From positions 124,001 through 188,000 of the IMG/VR virus record IMGVR_UViG_3300030102_006934: DNA of 64,000 nt; one strand, written 5' to 3'. Position numbers and translations under genes: made by a program. Below the pieces are notes generated by a model. It ran no database searches, was not told where the DNA came from, and was given only the letters and a program-made list of their open reading frames with translations. Position 1 is the first letter of the stretch. The number at the start of each line of letters is the position of its first letter. This document shows positions 48,258 through 57,544 of this stretch, one piece after another.

Positions 48258-49267
48258 ATCAATTCCATCAACTTATCAAATACATTATGTGTCTCATTTA
48301 TTTCAATAAAATTATTATTATTTGTATCATCACAGAAATACCTTAATTTGGGGTGAGAGACTAAACTAATCGTTTTAATACCTAAACCATGAGACATCAT
48401 TTGACTATGTCCAGCACTACACAGTATTGTTTTCACTTTGGAATAGTTTTCTTTTATTTTAGTCTCATTACCACTAGAATTGTCTAATAATGGTATGTTA
48501 ATATTTGACGACCTTAAGTGGTTATAGAAATTTTTACTACCATCGTGGGACATATAAGCCACAGGTATATTTTTAGTGATACAATATTTAACTAATTTTG
48601 TTAATTCACTGTAAAATTTTGACTTACCTATTTTACCATATCTCCTCCATTCACGGTCATCTTTAATCTCTATAGTAATAAATTTTTTATTTTCTTCATC
48701 CATACTTGACGACCAAAACTCTTTTACATACCATATACTTGGGCAAAATTCAAATTTTACTTTATCAGAAAAATCAGAACCAATAATACCTAATAAACTA
48801 TTTCTATCACCATTATGTCTCATGGAGAAATGTTCGGCTTTATTTATCAATTTCTTAATGTTTTCTTTAAACAATGGTAATTTACTCTCTGTTTTAATTG
48901 AATTCTCTCTAGAAGACATAGTCATATCTTGCCCATAAAATAGGTTATAACCAATCGATATAACGTAAATTGGTTTATCAATCTTATCGTACATATCTTT
49001 AGGTATTACCCACTGCCAACCCGAAACATTGTTTGGTGCTGAATCAGGTAATATTAAACCACCCCCTCCAACTAATATGTAGTCAAACTTATTTAGTGAA
49101 TTTATTTTAGTTTCATTAAATGTGACTCTACAATCGAAATCAGTAAACTCACAATCAACACCGTCTAAGTATTTTTCTTGAAAATATTTCTTAGTTGACT
49201 TCCCTAGTATTAGGTCACCACTGTTGAATTTGGCTTGTGAGGCATATATATGTGCTATTTTTATCAT
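48254..49267 (-). CDS. polysaccharide pyruvyl transferase family protein
   Basis: NSGDLIL, ILVGGGGLI, SIG, FSMR, HS..MSHGLG. Confidence 0.7.
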   Translation of the reverse strand: MIKIAHIYASQAKFNSGDLILGKSTKKYFQEKYLDGVDCEFTDFDCRVTFNETKINSLNKFDYILVGGGGLILPDSAPNNVSGWQWVIPKDMYDKIDKPIYVISIGYNLFYGQDMTMSSRENSIKTESKLPLFKENIKKLINKAEHFSMRHNGDRNSLLGIIGSDFSDKVKFEFCPSIWYVKEFWSSSMDEENKKFITIEIKDDREWRRYGKIGKSKFYSELTKLVKYCITKNIPVAYMSHDGSKNFYNHLRSSNINIPLLDNSSGNETKIKENYSKVKTILCSAGHSQMMSHGLGIKTISLVSHPKLRYFCDDTNNNNFIEINETHNVFDKLMELI

Positions 49268-50115
49268 TTTCTAAGTGATTTTTGTTTTAATAATTCACCA
49301 CCCATTACTTTTCTTGGTCCATAACCTCCCATAGCTTTTTCAATATCCCTAATTGATTTAACTAATTTTATTAAACCTTGTGGTTCTACTGAAGCCATTT
49401 GGTCTGACCCCCATAAAGTTCTATCTGTTGTTATATGACGTTCAACCCACGTAGAGCCCAATAATATTGTGGAAACAGTTGTCATTAGACCAAACTCATG
49501 TCCTGAATAACCTACATCGACATTGGGTTTAGCTATAACATCTTTTATCCACTTTATATACTCTAAATTTAATTCATCTACTTGGGATGGGTATGTAGAG
49601 TTTGTATGCATTATTAAGTTTGGGTTACATGTATCTACACACTTAACAATCTCTTCTTCAGTACTCATACCAGTACTAATAATTAGGTATCTACATTTTT
49701 CTCTAGCATAAGAACATAAATCTAAATCAGTAATTAGAGCTGAGGGTATTTTCATTATGTCAGTAAATTTAGACATAAAGTCAACAGAATCTTTATCCCA
49801 AACTGAAGCAAACCATTTAATACCTTTTAACTTACAATAATTATCAATGTTAACATAATCACTATGTGTTAACTCTATATCTTTTTTATAATCTAAGTAA
49901 GTTATTTCTTCATCCCTCCATGGAACATTTTTAGGTTTATTTTTTTGTTCTTCTGGTACGCACACAATGGGGTTTCTTTTTTGAAACTTAACGTAATCAC
50001 AACCAGAAATGTAAGCTACATCAATTAATTTTTTAATGTTATCTAAAAAACCACTCTTATCTTTACCGTAAGCAAAATTAATACCAATCTCACCTATTAT
50101 TTTTGTCCTTTCCAT
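49264..50115 (-). CDS. neuB: nonulosonate (sialic acid-type) synthase, NeuB family, lacking the C-terminal SAF domain
   Basis: EIGIN, VKFQKR, KIPSA, ISTGM, HTNSTYP, GYSGHE, VERHIT, SDQMAS. Confidence 0.9.
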   Translation of the reverse strand: MERTKIIGEIGINFAYGKDKSGFLDNIKKLIDVAYISGCDYVKFQKRNPIVCVPEEQKNKPKNVPWRDEEITYLDYKKDIELTHSDYVNIDNYCKLKGIKWFASVWDKDSVDFMSKFTDIMKIPSALITDLDLCSYAREKCRYLIISTGMSTEEEIVKCVDTCNPNLIMHTNSTYPSQVDELNLEYIKWIKDVIAKPNVDVGYSGHEFGLMTTVSTILLGSTWVERHITTDRTLWGSDQMASVEPQGLIKLVKSIRDIEKAMGGYGPRKVMGGELLKQKSLRK

Positions 50116-50741
50116 TTTAAAACGTCTTTTTTTGTATCAATGTCTATAATATCGTCATTATTTATGGTAAAATAAATAGTATCTTCATTATATAAGTTAT
50201 TATTTAGTCTAGGTAGTTCTTCGATATTAAAAATAGTTACGTAATGTGTTAATTCGAATACTTTAGGGTAATCCTGTCTTCTATATAAATTATGTGGTGT
50301 TATTTGTTTACCATTAATACCATCCTCTACCATTAAAAGATATGGGTGGATACCATCATAAGGTTTTTTACATAATAATGATTTAGCTTCATTATCAATA
50401 AAGTATTCATAACTGTCAACAACATCACCCCATTTTCTAGTTGGGTATACAACGTATAACATAATACAATTACCCTTAGTTACACCTAAACTATTAAAAA
50501 ATGATAACATAGTGTCTTTAGTTGATGTCTTATCACCAGAATATTTGGGGGGTCTTGGTACGTGTTTGTAATTTTTGTATTTATCTATGATAAATTCATC
50601 GTCACTGTAAATGTAAACATTATCTTTATATTTCGATGGTATAGTTCTTAATGTTTGTTCTATTAGTAACCTATTTTTGAAGGGTACCCCCTTGGACCCC
50701 TTTCTAGCGGGAATAACTATAATATCATCCTTTGTAAACAT
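50097..50741 (-). CDS. neuA: CMP-nonulosonate synthetase (acylneuraminate cytidylyltransferase)
   Basis: IPARKGSKGVPFKN, RRQD.P, IDIDT..D. Confidence 0.88.
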   Translation of the reverse strand: MFTKDDIIVIPARKGSKGVPFKNRLLIEQTLRTIPSKYKDNVYIYSDDEFIIDKYKNYKHVPRPPKYSGDKTSTKDTMLSFFNSLGVTKGNCIMLYVVYPTRKWGDVVDSYEYFIDNEAKSLLCKKPYDGIHPYLLMVEDGINGKQITPHNLYRRQDYPKVFELTHYVTIFNIEELPRLNNNLYNEDTIYFTINNDDIIDIDTKKDVLKWKGQK

Positions 50742-51375
50742 GACCCTCTAGTTTGAAATTAATAAATGGGTTTATACTATAAACATTAACACCCAAAGAC
50801 TTTAATTTTTCTTTTAATATAACAGTATCCCTATCTAATTTATTCAACCATTCCTTATATTGTGACCAATCACTCCAAGGGGTTTCACTAATATTTTTAT
50901 AATAGTTTTTGAATGTGTGTTGCCCATCTAAAATACCGTGGTCAACTCCTATCAAAATAATGTTTTTAGCACCTAAATGATATGCGAAATGTATAGAAGA
51001 TGTTATAGTGGAATCACTAACAACTAAATGGTTGGGTTTATCGAAAGCTTTCAAATTTATTCTACTAACGTTAACTAAGTGGTCAAAATAATATAGTTTA
51101 TTTATATTATTATTTACATCTAAGGGTACCCCAGAGCCACAATTAAGTCTAGCCACTATTATATCAGAATTAGAATTTTTTAAAGTATCTCGTATTAGAG
51201 AATGTTCCTTCCTAACAATATAACTAGTATCAAATTTTCTGTAAGTTTGATTAGTTCCTACAGAAATTTTATTTTCTAAGAATGAGGGGTCTATAAAATC
51301 ACAAGATGGACCAGAACCAATAACATATATATCCTCCCCCTTATGTATGTTTTTAAATTTATTTATATCCTCCAT
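50725..51375 (-). CDS. Maf/DUF115-like putative nonulosonate transferase
   Basis: FKNIHKGE.IYVIGSGPS, AYHLGAKNIILIGVD. Confidence 0.7.
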   Translation of the reverse strand: MEDINKFKNIHKGEDIYVIGSGPSCDFIDPSFLENKISVGTNQTYRKFDTSYIVRKEHSLIRDTLKNSNSDIIVARLNCGSGVPLDVNNNINKLYYFDHLVNVSRINLKAFDKPNHLVVSDSTITSSIHFAYHLGAKNIILIGVDHGILDGQHTFKNYYKNISETPWSDWSQYKEWLNKLDRDTVILKEKLKSLGVNVYSINPFINFKLEGHVYKG

Positions 51376-51394
51376 TTATAGTTCTAATTTAGTT

Positions 51395-52072
51395 TTACCC
51401 CCATTTTTTATTAAAATTTTTACTTAAACCATGTGTCATTTCATTTTGTTTTTTAGGGTCAACTAATCCATGACTTTTACTTAAATGATGTAAAACTATA
51501 GAGTTTTTTATTAACCCATGTTTAATTTTATACTTTTGTAGATTCATAGAGTAGTCATTGTCTTGATACCAAAAAGAAAATTGTTCATCAAAATTACCTA
51601 TAATATCAATAACTTTTCTATTTAGTAAAATAGACCAGCCAGTCAATTCGTATGAAGTTCTATAACCATAAAAAACTTCTTTCTTCTCTTTAAAATTACT
51701 TTTATGGACATTCCATATTGGACAATAGGGGGACATTGATAATAATTCGTTGTCCTTTTCAAACTGTTTTAACATTTCTGAAAACCAACCACCAACGTAC
51801 TCAGTGTCATTATTAGATATCAATATCCATTCGTTTGTACAATAATTTAAACCTATATTTAAGAATTTATTATAATTAAATTCTCCTTTAGGTACGATGG
51901 TTTCGACCTCATCATAGTCGTACTTATATTTACCTGTTTTTTCTGTTTCTATAAGTTTTATACTAAAATTATGATTTTTTTCAGAGTTTAAGATACTCTC
52001 AACACACTGTTTAGTCATATTGTAAATTCTATCATCTTTTGTGTAAGTCAATAAAATAACATCTATTTTCAT
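51395..52072 (-). CDS. glycosyltransferase family 2
   Basis: IDVILLT, NIGL..CTNEWILISNND, FDEQF.FWYQDND. Confidence 0.85.
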   Translation of the reverse strand: MKIDVILLTYTKDDRIYNMTKQCVESILNSEKNHNFSIKLIETEKTGKYKYDYDEVETIVPKGEFNYNKFLNIGLNYCTNEWILISNNDTEYVGGWFSEMLKQFEKDNELLSMSPYCPIWNVHKSNFKEKKEVFYGYRTSYELTGWSILLNRKVIDIIGNFDEQFSFWYQDNDYSMNLQKYKIKHGLIKNSIVLHHLSKSHGLVDPKKQNEMTHGLSKNFNKKWG

Positions 52073-53616
52073 TATCCTCTGTTTTGATATATTGCTTGTA
52101 ATTGTTTTTGTACCATCTCTTGTGGTGTTAAAGGTGTTTCTGTTGGGGTAACACCATGTTTCTTTTTATACCACATAGTACCTTTCCTAAAGTTGTCATT
52201 CCATGTTGGTGTTCTAGCTATTGTGCTCTCTTCTATTGAATTGGGTATATCTGTCAAATACTCCCAACTTTTATCAATATCAGCGAAGTACCAAAAAGCT
52301 GGGTGATAACCCTTTTTAATCGTTTGATAGGTATGTTCTACATGTTCCCATGCGTTTTTAAAGTTAGGGTCAAAACCACCTATATCTTCTAGAACTGGTC
52401 TGTAATAATAAGAAAAGGCACCAACACAATTTGGGTATAAAGCGATACTTAACCTTGTTTGGTCACCTTCACTATCCTTATAAGGTACTAACATCCTAGG
52501 ATTAGGTTCCCCCTCACTATCTTCCCTATCTTCTAAACTTGTAAAACCTTTACTACCTTTTTTATTGGCTGGTCCATGTAAGGCAAAATTTAAATGTTTA
52601 ATACCAGAAACAAGAGAGTGTTTTATATACTCTTCAAATACCTTCTCATCTTTTATTAGAATATCATCTTCCATGATGAATATATGTTCACAATCAGTAT
52701 TTTCCAATAAGTAATTAATGGCTGTAGTTTTAGCCGCTCCTACTGATTTATTTACTTCGTGTTGTATTATCTTTGCGTGTTTAGGGTAAGAGTCTTCATT
52801 GTATGGTGTACCATCGTTCACAATTACAAAATTTTCTATCCAATCTGGAATAGTAAAGGCACTTTGTTTTATTCTATGTTCCGCATTGTAAGTTACCATA
52901 CCAAAACCAACAGATTTTGGGTCGAATTCTAACTTCTCCTCAAAGGTTTTATTTTTTGTTAACCTAATCGGTAATTTGTCTTTATACTTTTCTTCAAACC
53001 TTACTTTATGACCTTCCCATTGTTGGTTTGTCTGACCAATAGATAAATGTGTAATTCTTATCTGTGTTGTTAAACCTATTTTAACACCATCTAAGTAGTT
53101 TGGGAAACAAAAAGAAATATCATAGAAATGGAAACCATGAAACTCCTCATCGAAATTATGTTTTATTTTAGTTTTATCAACCCCAAAGAATAAACCATCT
53201 AAAACAACCATATCGGTTATTTTTTTACCTTGGTCTTTTGAGTAATAATTAGTCCATTTTTTACCTTCGTTTTGGTGAGACACTATCCCATTCATGGATT
53301 CTTTGATTGTCCACCATCTACCATCGACTAAATCTGTTGTACCCGCTATACCGATAATACCATATTTAGGGTTTTTTTCAAATAAGGATTTTAATTTCCT
53401 ACCCCAGTTTTTAGTATCGAAAATAATGTCATCATGACAAAAAACCACAATATCATTTGTGGTTTGTTCTAAACCTTTGTTATAGGCTTGTGTTAATGAC
53501 ATCTCGCCATCATTAATGATTTGTATCACCTCTATTTTATGAACACCAGAGGTTTTTTTAATATCTTCAATAAAATTGGGTTTATCTCTTTTTGTTGAAT
53601 ATACTACACTAATCAT
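52072..53616 (-). CDS. two-domain glycosyltransferase (two GT-A domains)
   Basis: AYNKG..VFCHDD..LDG..FHFYD; second domain VNDG..IFIMEDD..GGFD..WEH. Confidence 0.82.
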   Translation of the reverse strand: MISVVYSTKRDKPNFIEDIKKTSGVHKIEVIQIINDGEMSLTQAYNKGLEQTTNDIVVFCHDDIIFDTKNWGRKLKSLFEKNPKYGIIGIAGTTDLVDGRWWTIKESMNGIVSHQNEGKKWTNYYSKDQGKKITDMVVLDGLFFGVDKTKIKHNFDEEFHGFHFYDISFCFPNYLDGVKIGLTTQIRITHLSIGQTNQQWEGHKVRFEEKYKDKLPIRLTKNKTFEEKLEFDPKSVGFGMVTYNAEHRIKQSAFTIPDWIENFVIVNDGTPYNEDSYPKHAKIIQHEVNKSVGAAKTTAINYLLENTDCEHIFIMEDDILIKDEKVFEEYIKHSLVSGIKHLNFALHGPANKKGSKGFTSLEDREDSEGEPNPRMLVPYKDSEGDQTRLSIALYPNCVGAFSYYYRPVLEDIGGFDPNFKNAWEHVEHTYQTIKKGYHPAFWYFADIDKSWEYLTDIPNSIEESTIARTPTWNDNFRKGTMWYKKKHGVTPTETPLTPQEMVQKQLQAIYQNRG

Positions 53617-53785
53617 TTTTAAATTTATGTTTTTTAATTTTACCTAACTTGGTTTCGATGTCAATTATTTTTTGTTTTAACCATTCTATGGTCCATCCAT
53701 CTAACCTATCCCTCATTGAAAACTCTATTTTAATTTTTTTTAAATAAGTCTCTAACCTATTTTTTTCTGTCTCTGAAAAAATCAT
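53609..53785 (-). CDS. small hypothetical protein (58 aa, not in ORF track) MIFSETEKNRLETYLKK...KND
   Basis: hand-translated; ATGA overlap with the upstream stop; overlaps the downstream start. Confidence 0.6.
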   Translation of the reverse strand: MIFSETEKNRLETYLKKIKIEFSMRDRLDGWTIEWLKQKIIDIETKLGKIKKHKFKND

Positions 53786-54276
53786 TTTTTAACTTCCATT
53801 ATATTGATAGGTTCTTCACAATAAACAGATAGATGACAAGCGGCTTTTATTGACTCTTTAACGGAGTTACCTAAATAAAGTGCTGCTAATGAAAAATCCA
53901 TTCCTGCTCCAATGGCGGTATAATCTGTTATTTCTTTAACAAAAAATCCCTCAACTAAGAAGGCTTTCTTTTCTAAAACTAAAACATACTCATTCCTTAA
54001 TTTACTTTCATCTGTTTTGTTCTTCATCCATTCTTGGAACTCGGACATAAATTCTATTAAAGCCTCAACAGAAGCCTCTCTAGGTTTACGTGTTTTACAA
54101 AACATAAGAAATAAACCACCTTCTTGTGCATCACCCACATCACCGATTATAATATCATTTACCTTATTTAATTTAGCAAATTTATCTTTTTCTTGTGTGG
54201 TACCATGGGATACTAATATACTATCAGCTCCAATGGTTATTTTTTTATCCGTTACTTTAATTGCTACAACACTCAT
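53782..54276 (-). CDS. HslV/proteasome-beta-like Ntn hydrolase with Ser at position 1
   Basis: S1-VVAI..IGAD17-S, K34, GDVG, AIGAG..ALYLG. Confidence 0.65.
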   Translation of the reverse strand: MSVVAIKVTDKKITIGADSILVSHGTTQEKDKFAKLNKVNDIIIGDVGDAQEGGLFLMFCKTRKPREASVEALIEFMSEFQEWMKNKTDESKLRNEYVLVLEKKAFLVEGFFVKEITDYTAIGAGMDFSLAALYLGNSVKESIKAACHLSVYCEEPINIMEVKK

Positions 54277-54854
54277 TACATTCTACCAGTTGAACCAAAA
54301 CCACCTAAACCTCTTTCAGACTCAGTTAACTCTTTAACTTCCTCTAACTCACCAAAATCCGTACTAACTCTAGATGTTATTACTCCTTGAGCTATTCTCT
54401 CACCTATATCCCAAGTAAAATCTTCATCACTCAAATTAACTAAAAGTACTTTTATTTCACCTCTATAACCAGTGTCTACTGTACCTGGTGAATTTAATAC
54501 TGTTATACCATTTTTATAGGCTAAACCACTTCGAGGTCTAATTTGTAATTCGTAACCCTCTTGTAACTCAAAATAAAGTCCTGTAGGAACTAATTTCCTT
54601 TCTAAAGACTTTAGTGTACCACCTTCATTAGCTCTTAAGTCAAAACCAGAATCACCTTCTTTGGCATAAGTTGGGTTTTTGTTTTCTGATTTATTAATAA
54701 ATTTAGTTTTTATTTTGTTAGACTCTTGTTTATAGTGACTAACTTCTCTCATTAAAGACAAAGCTTGTTCTATTTCCGCTTTTTGTTCATCATGTAATAA
54801 GTCTAAAGTTAGTAACCTCTCTAACTCTTCTATTTGTTCTTTAATTTCAGCCAT
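54276..54854 (-). CDS. dut: dUTPase (trimeric)
   Basis: SGFDL, RPRSG, GTVDTGYRGEI, RIAQ, RG.GGFGSTG. Confidence 0.95.
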   Translation of the reverse strand: MAEIKEQIEELERLLTLDLLHDEQKAEIEQALSLMREVSHYKQESNKIKTKFINKSENKNPTYAKEGDSGFDLRANEGGTLKSLERKLVPTGLYFELQEGYELQIRPRSGLAYKNGITVLNSPGTVDTGYRGEIKVLLVNLSDEDFTWDIGERIAQGVITSRVSTDFGELEEVKELTESERGLGGFGSTGRM

Positions 54855-55564
54855 TATTTTAAATCATTAATTTTAGTAATTATATCAACTAAAGCCTTAA
54901 CATCACGTTCACAATATTCTTTAATTTCTTCGTGTTTACCTTCCCAATAACCAGTGGTTACACTATCACCTTTAACATCACCGTTTTTAGGTGAGTCTAT
55001 GTCTAAAGCTGAACATACTAAATCTAAAGAACTTAGTGACCAATTATTACCAAATTGCCAAACTTCTTTGGTGTCCACAACTTTAATTTCCCAAGGTTTT
55101 GTCTCATGTGTGGGAAATATTTTTGGTGTTTTAAGACCGTTTATGAAAAACCTTTTACCTAAAAATGGTATGTCAAACATTTTTATACTTTGGCCACATA
55201 GGTCGAAACCAAGTGACTCTACTTTATCAAAAACTTTTCTAGTATTTAACAATATCTCCATTTCATCTTCCCCATAAAATGATTCATATCTAACTTCACC
55301 TTCTTTAGTAACAAAGGCCATAGAAACACAAGCTACCTTACCAAATTCTGGGAAAAAAGCTGCTGTTTGTCTATACACTTCTTGGAATATCTCTTTATCC
55401 CCCATATCTAATTTTATTTTAGACTCTTCTGTAACCCTCTTCCGAAATGAGTTATAATATCTCATCCACATTTGAAAGTCTCTTTCTGGTAAATCGTACA
55501 AATCTTTATACTGACTCACCGTTTCTATATCAAAAAATAATAATTTATCTACTTTAAACTGCAT
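54854..55564 (-). CDS. PolB-related stand-alone 3'-5' exonuclease
   Basis: FFDIETV, FDIPFL, EYCERDV (DEDDy). Confidence 0.85.
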   Translation of the reverse strand: MQFKVDKLLFFDIETVSQYKDLYDLPERDFQMWMRYYNSFRKRVTEESKIKLDMGDKEIFQEVYRQTAAFFPEFGKVACVSMAFVTKEGEVRYESFYGEDEMEILLNTRKVFDKVESLGFDLCGQSIKMFDIPFLGKRFFINGLKTPKIFPTHETKPWEIKVVDTKEVWQFGNNWSLSSLDLVCSALDIDSPKNGDVKGDSVTTGYWEGKHEEIKEYCERDVKALVDIITKINDLK

Positions 55565-56873
55565 TTGTTTCTTCTATTAATTGTTTTACTTCTTTTTTAT
55601 TGTTTTCTAGTATTTTCTTATAGAATTCAGCTCTTTTTTTAGTTACTGTGTCTATATGATACTTGTCTTTCACGGTATTATACAAATTATTTTGTAATAA
55701 ATCAACTAATTCTGGATTTTCTATCAATTTTTTCATTGATTTAAACCAATCTTTATGGTTTTTGTGTTTTTCTATTAAAATAGCGTTACCATTTTCATTT
55801 ATAGTACCACCTCGTTCTATTAGATTAATACAATCTATTTGATATGGCCCAAAGTCTTGTGCTATTAAAGCTTTTTTATGGAATCCAGCTTCAATTACTT
55901 TTAACTGTGACTTCATTAAATTAAAAGTATGATCTTTAAGTGGTGCCATCGATACATCAAATAAATTATAGTTTGAAGCAAAAGTGGTTATTGGTTGTGT
56001 CCAAACTCTTCTGTACAAATCATCTTTAATACCCATTTTCTCTTCATTTTCTCTATCATATTTAACTAAAACATTAGAGTATTCAGAATTAACTAATTTT
56101 AAGTTATTTGTGAACATATCTTCATATCTAGACCACACACTTTCTCTTGGTGTAATCGGTCTGGTTTTTTGTTGTCCAGTATTTCTATCTATTTCTGTTA
56201 TATTACCTCTAGTATCAAAACCACATAAAACAAACTGAGTTTTATCTTTATAGGTTTTTAAAAATTGTGAAACACCAGAACTCATTAATTTTAAATCATG
56301 TTCATGTGAAGAACCACCTAACCAGCCAAATCTAAGTTCTTTGTTAGTTTTTTCAGGGTTTGGTGTAAATTGTTTCTCAGAAGGGTCAATAGCATTTGGT
56401 AAGACTACAACATTTTTATTGTACTTACCTATTTCTTTGGCGAAAATAGGTGTAGTTGTTGTTACAAAATCAGCTCTTTTTAAATTTTCTTTTATTTTAT
56501 GTGGTAAATTTTCCCTAACCATTAACTGATAGGCTGGGTGTTCCTTAGTTGGTGACCAATAATCATCTAAATCCATTACGGTTAAGATGTTTAATGATTT
56601 TAATTTATCTAAAATTTTAAAAGAATCCTCTAAATAGGTTTGTTTTACTTGATTATTTTCTCTTTTTGGAATCGTCCTATGAAAATGTACAATATCATAG
56701 TTTTTATAAACTGACTCATCTTCCCAATCAAATTCTATCGTACCAGCAGTTATTATATCTACATGGAAATCCTCACCATATAATTCTTGTAATTTTGTGT
56801 GTGGCTCTACTGAACGAAATTTAGAGACACCAGTCCTATCTGATGGTAGGACTAAAACTTTGATTTTACTCAT
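55554..56873 (-). CDS. glycosyltransferase, GT-B
   Basis: GVSKFR..P, DLDD.W, PNAID, GWLGGSSH..D, APL....FN..KSQLKVIEAG. Confidence 0.82.
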   Translation of the reverse strand: MSKIKVLVLPSDRTGVSKFRSVEPHTKLQELYGEDFHVDIITAGTIEFDWEDESVYKNYDIVHFHRTIPKRENNQVKQTYLEDSFKILDKLKSLNILTVMDLDDYWSPTKEHPAYQLMVRENLPHKIKENLKRADFVTTTTPIFAKEIGKYNKNVVVLPNAIDPSEKQFTPNPEKTNKELRFGWLGGSSHEHDLKLMSSGVSQFLKTYKDKTQFVLCGFDTRGNITEIDRNTGQQKTRPITPRESVWSRYEDMFTNNLKLVNSEYSNVLVKYDRENEEKMGIKDDLYRRVWTQPITTFASNYNLFDVSMAPLKDHTFNLMKSQLKVIEAGFHKKALIAQDFGPYQIDCINLIERGGTINENGNAILIEKHKNHKDWFKSMKKLIENPELVDLLQNNLYNTVKDKYHIDTVTKKRAEFYKKILENNKKEVKQLIEETNAV

Positions 56874-56935
56874 ACTATATATTTTTTAAAAATATAGTTA
56901 AATATGAGTTTTAGTAAATAATAAACTTAAAGTTA

Positions 56936-56989
56936 TTATTTTTTGGTTTTACCTTTATTGCCTTTACAGCCACATCCCTTTGTTCTCAT
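56936..56989 (-). CDS. putative 17-aa CxC micropeptide MRTKGCGCKGNKGKTKK
   Basis: hand-translated; starts 6 nt after the upstream stop with a poly-A leader; ends TAA TAA. Confidence 0.4.
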   Translation of the reverse strand: MRTKGCGCKGNKGKTKK

Positions 56990-56995
56990 TTTTTT

Positions 56996-57541
56996 TTATT
57001 TTTTAATCGGTTTTATTTTTAATGATTTTAATGTTCTAATATTTTCTTGTATCATTTTTTTGTCAAAGTACTTTTCTACAATACTAGGTAAAGCTTTAGC
57101 TATTTCTTCAGCTATCATTTTTCTAATTTCACTGTTATTCACAGTAACACTACTCTTAGTGGTTGTTGAAGGAATTGAAGCTTCTGTTATTGTCTCACCA
57201 TAGTTAGGGTTAACTTCTTTTATCATTTCCTCACTCATAGAAAAAGTACCAGGTGAGTCCGCTTGTTGAATTGGGTTATCTAACATGGCTTTACGTATTT
57301 CTGGTGGTAAATTAGATTCTTCAACCCTTTGTCTATAGGCCTCACTATTTACATCAATCTTTGGTTGTGGTCTACTACTTGGTAACCCCATTTGTGATGT
57401 TGTGTTTGGTTGCATTGTCATTGACTCTGTTAATGTTGGTGTCATGGTGTTATCACCAGTGATTTTACCCCTATCTATTTGACTAGCTCTTTTATCTACA
57501 GCTTTAGCTTTTTTTAATATTTCTGTTAACTTTGGATTCAT
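56996..57541 (-). CDS. hypothetical late protein
   Basis: in the late operon from 59309; LTE, IKE and ITE sites. Confidence 0.6.
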   Translation of the reverse strand: MNPKLTEILKKAKAVDKRASQIDRGKITGDNTMTPTLTESMTMQPNTTSQMGLPSSRPQPKIDVNSEAYRQRVEESNLPPEIRKAMLDNPIQQADSPGTFSMSEEMIKEVNPNYGETITEASIPSTTTKSSVTVNNSEIRKMIAEEIAKALPSIVEKYFDKKMIQENIRTLKSLKIKPIKK

Positions 57542-57544
57542 AAT

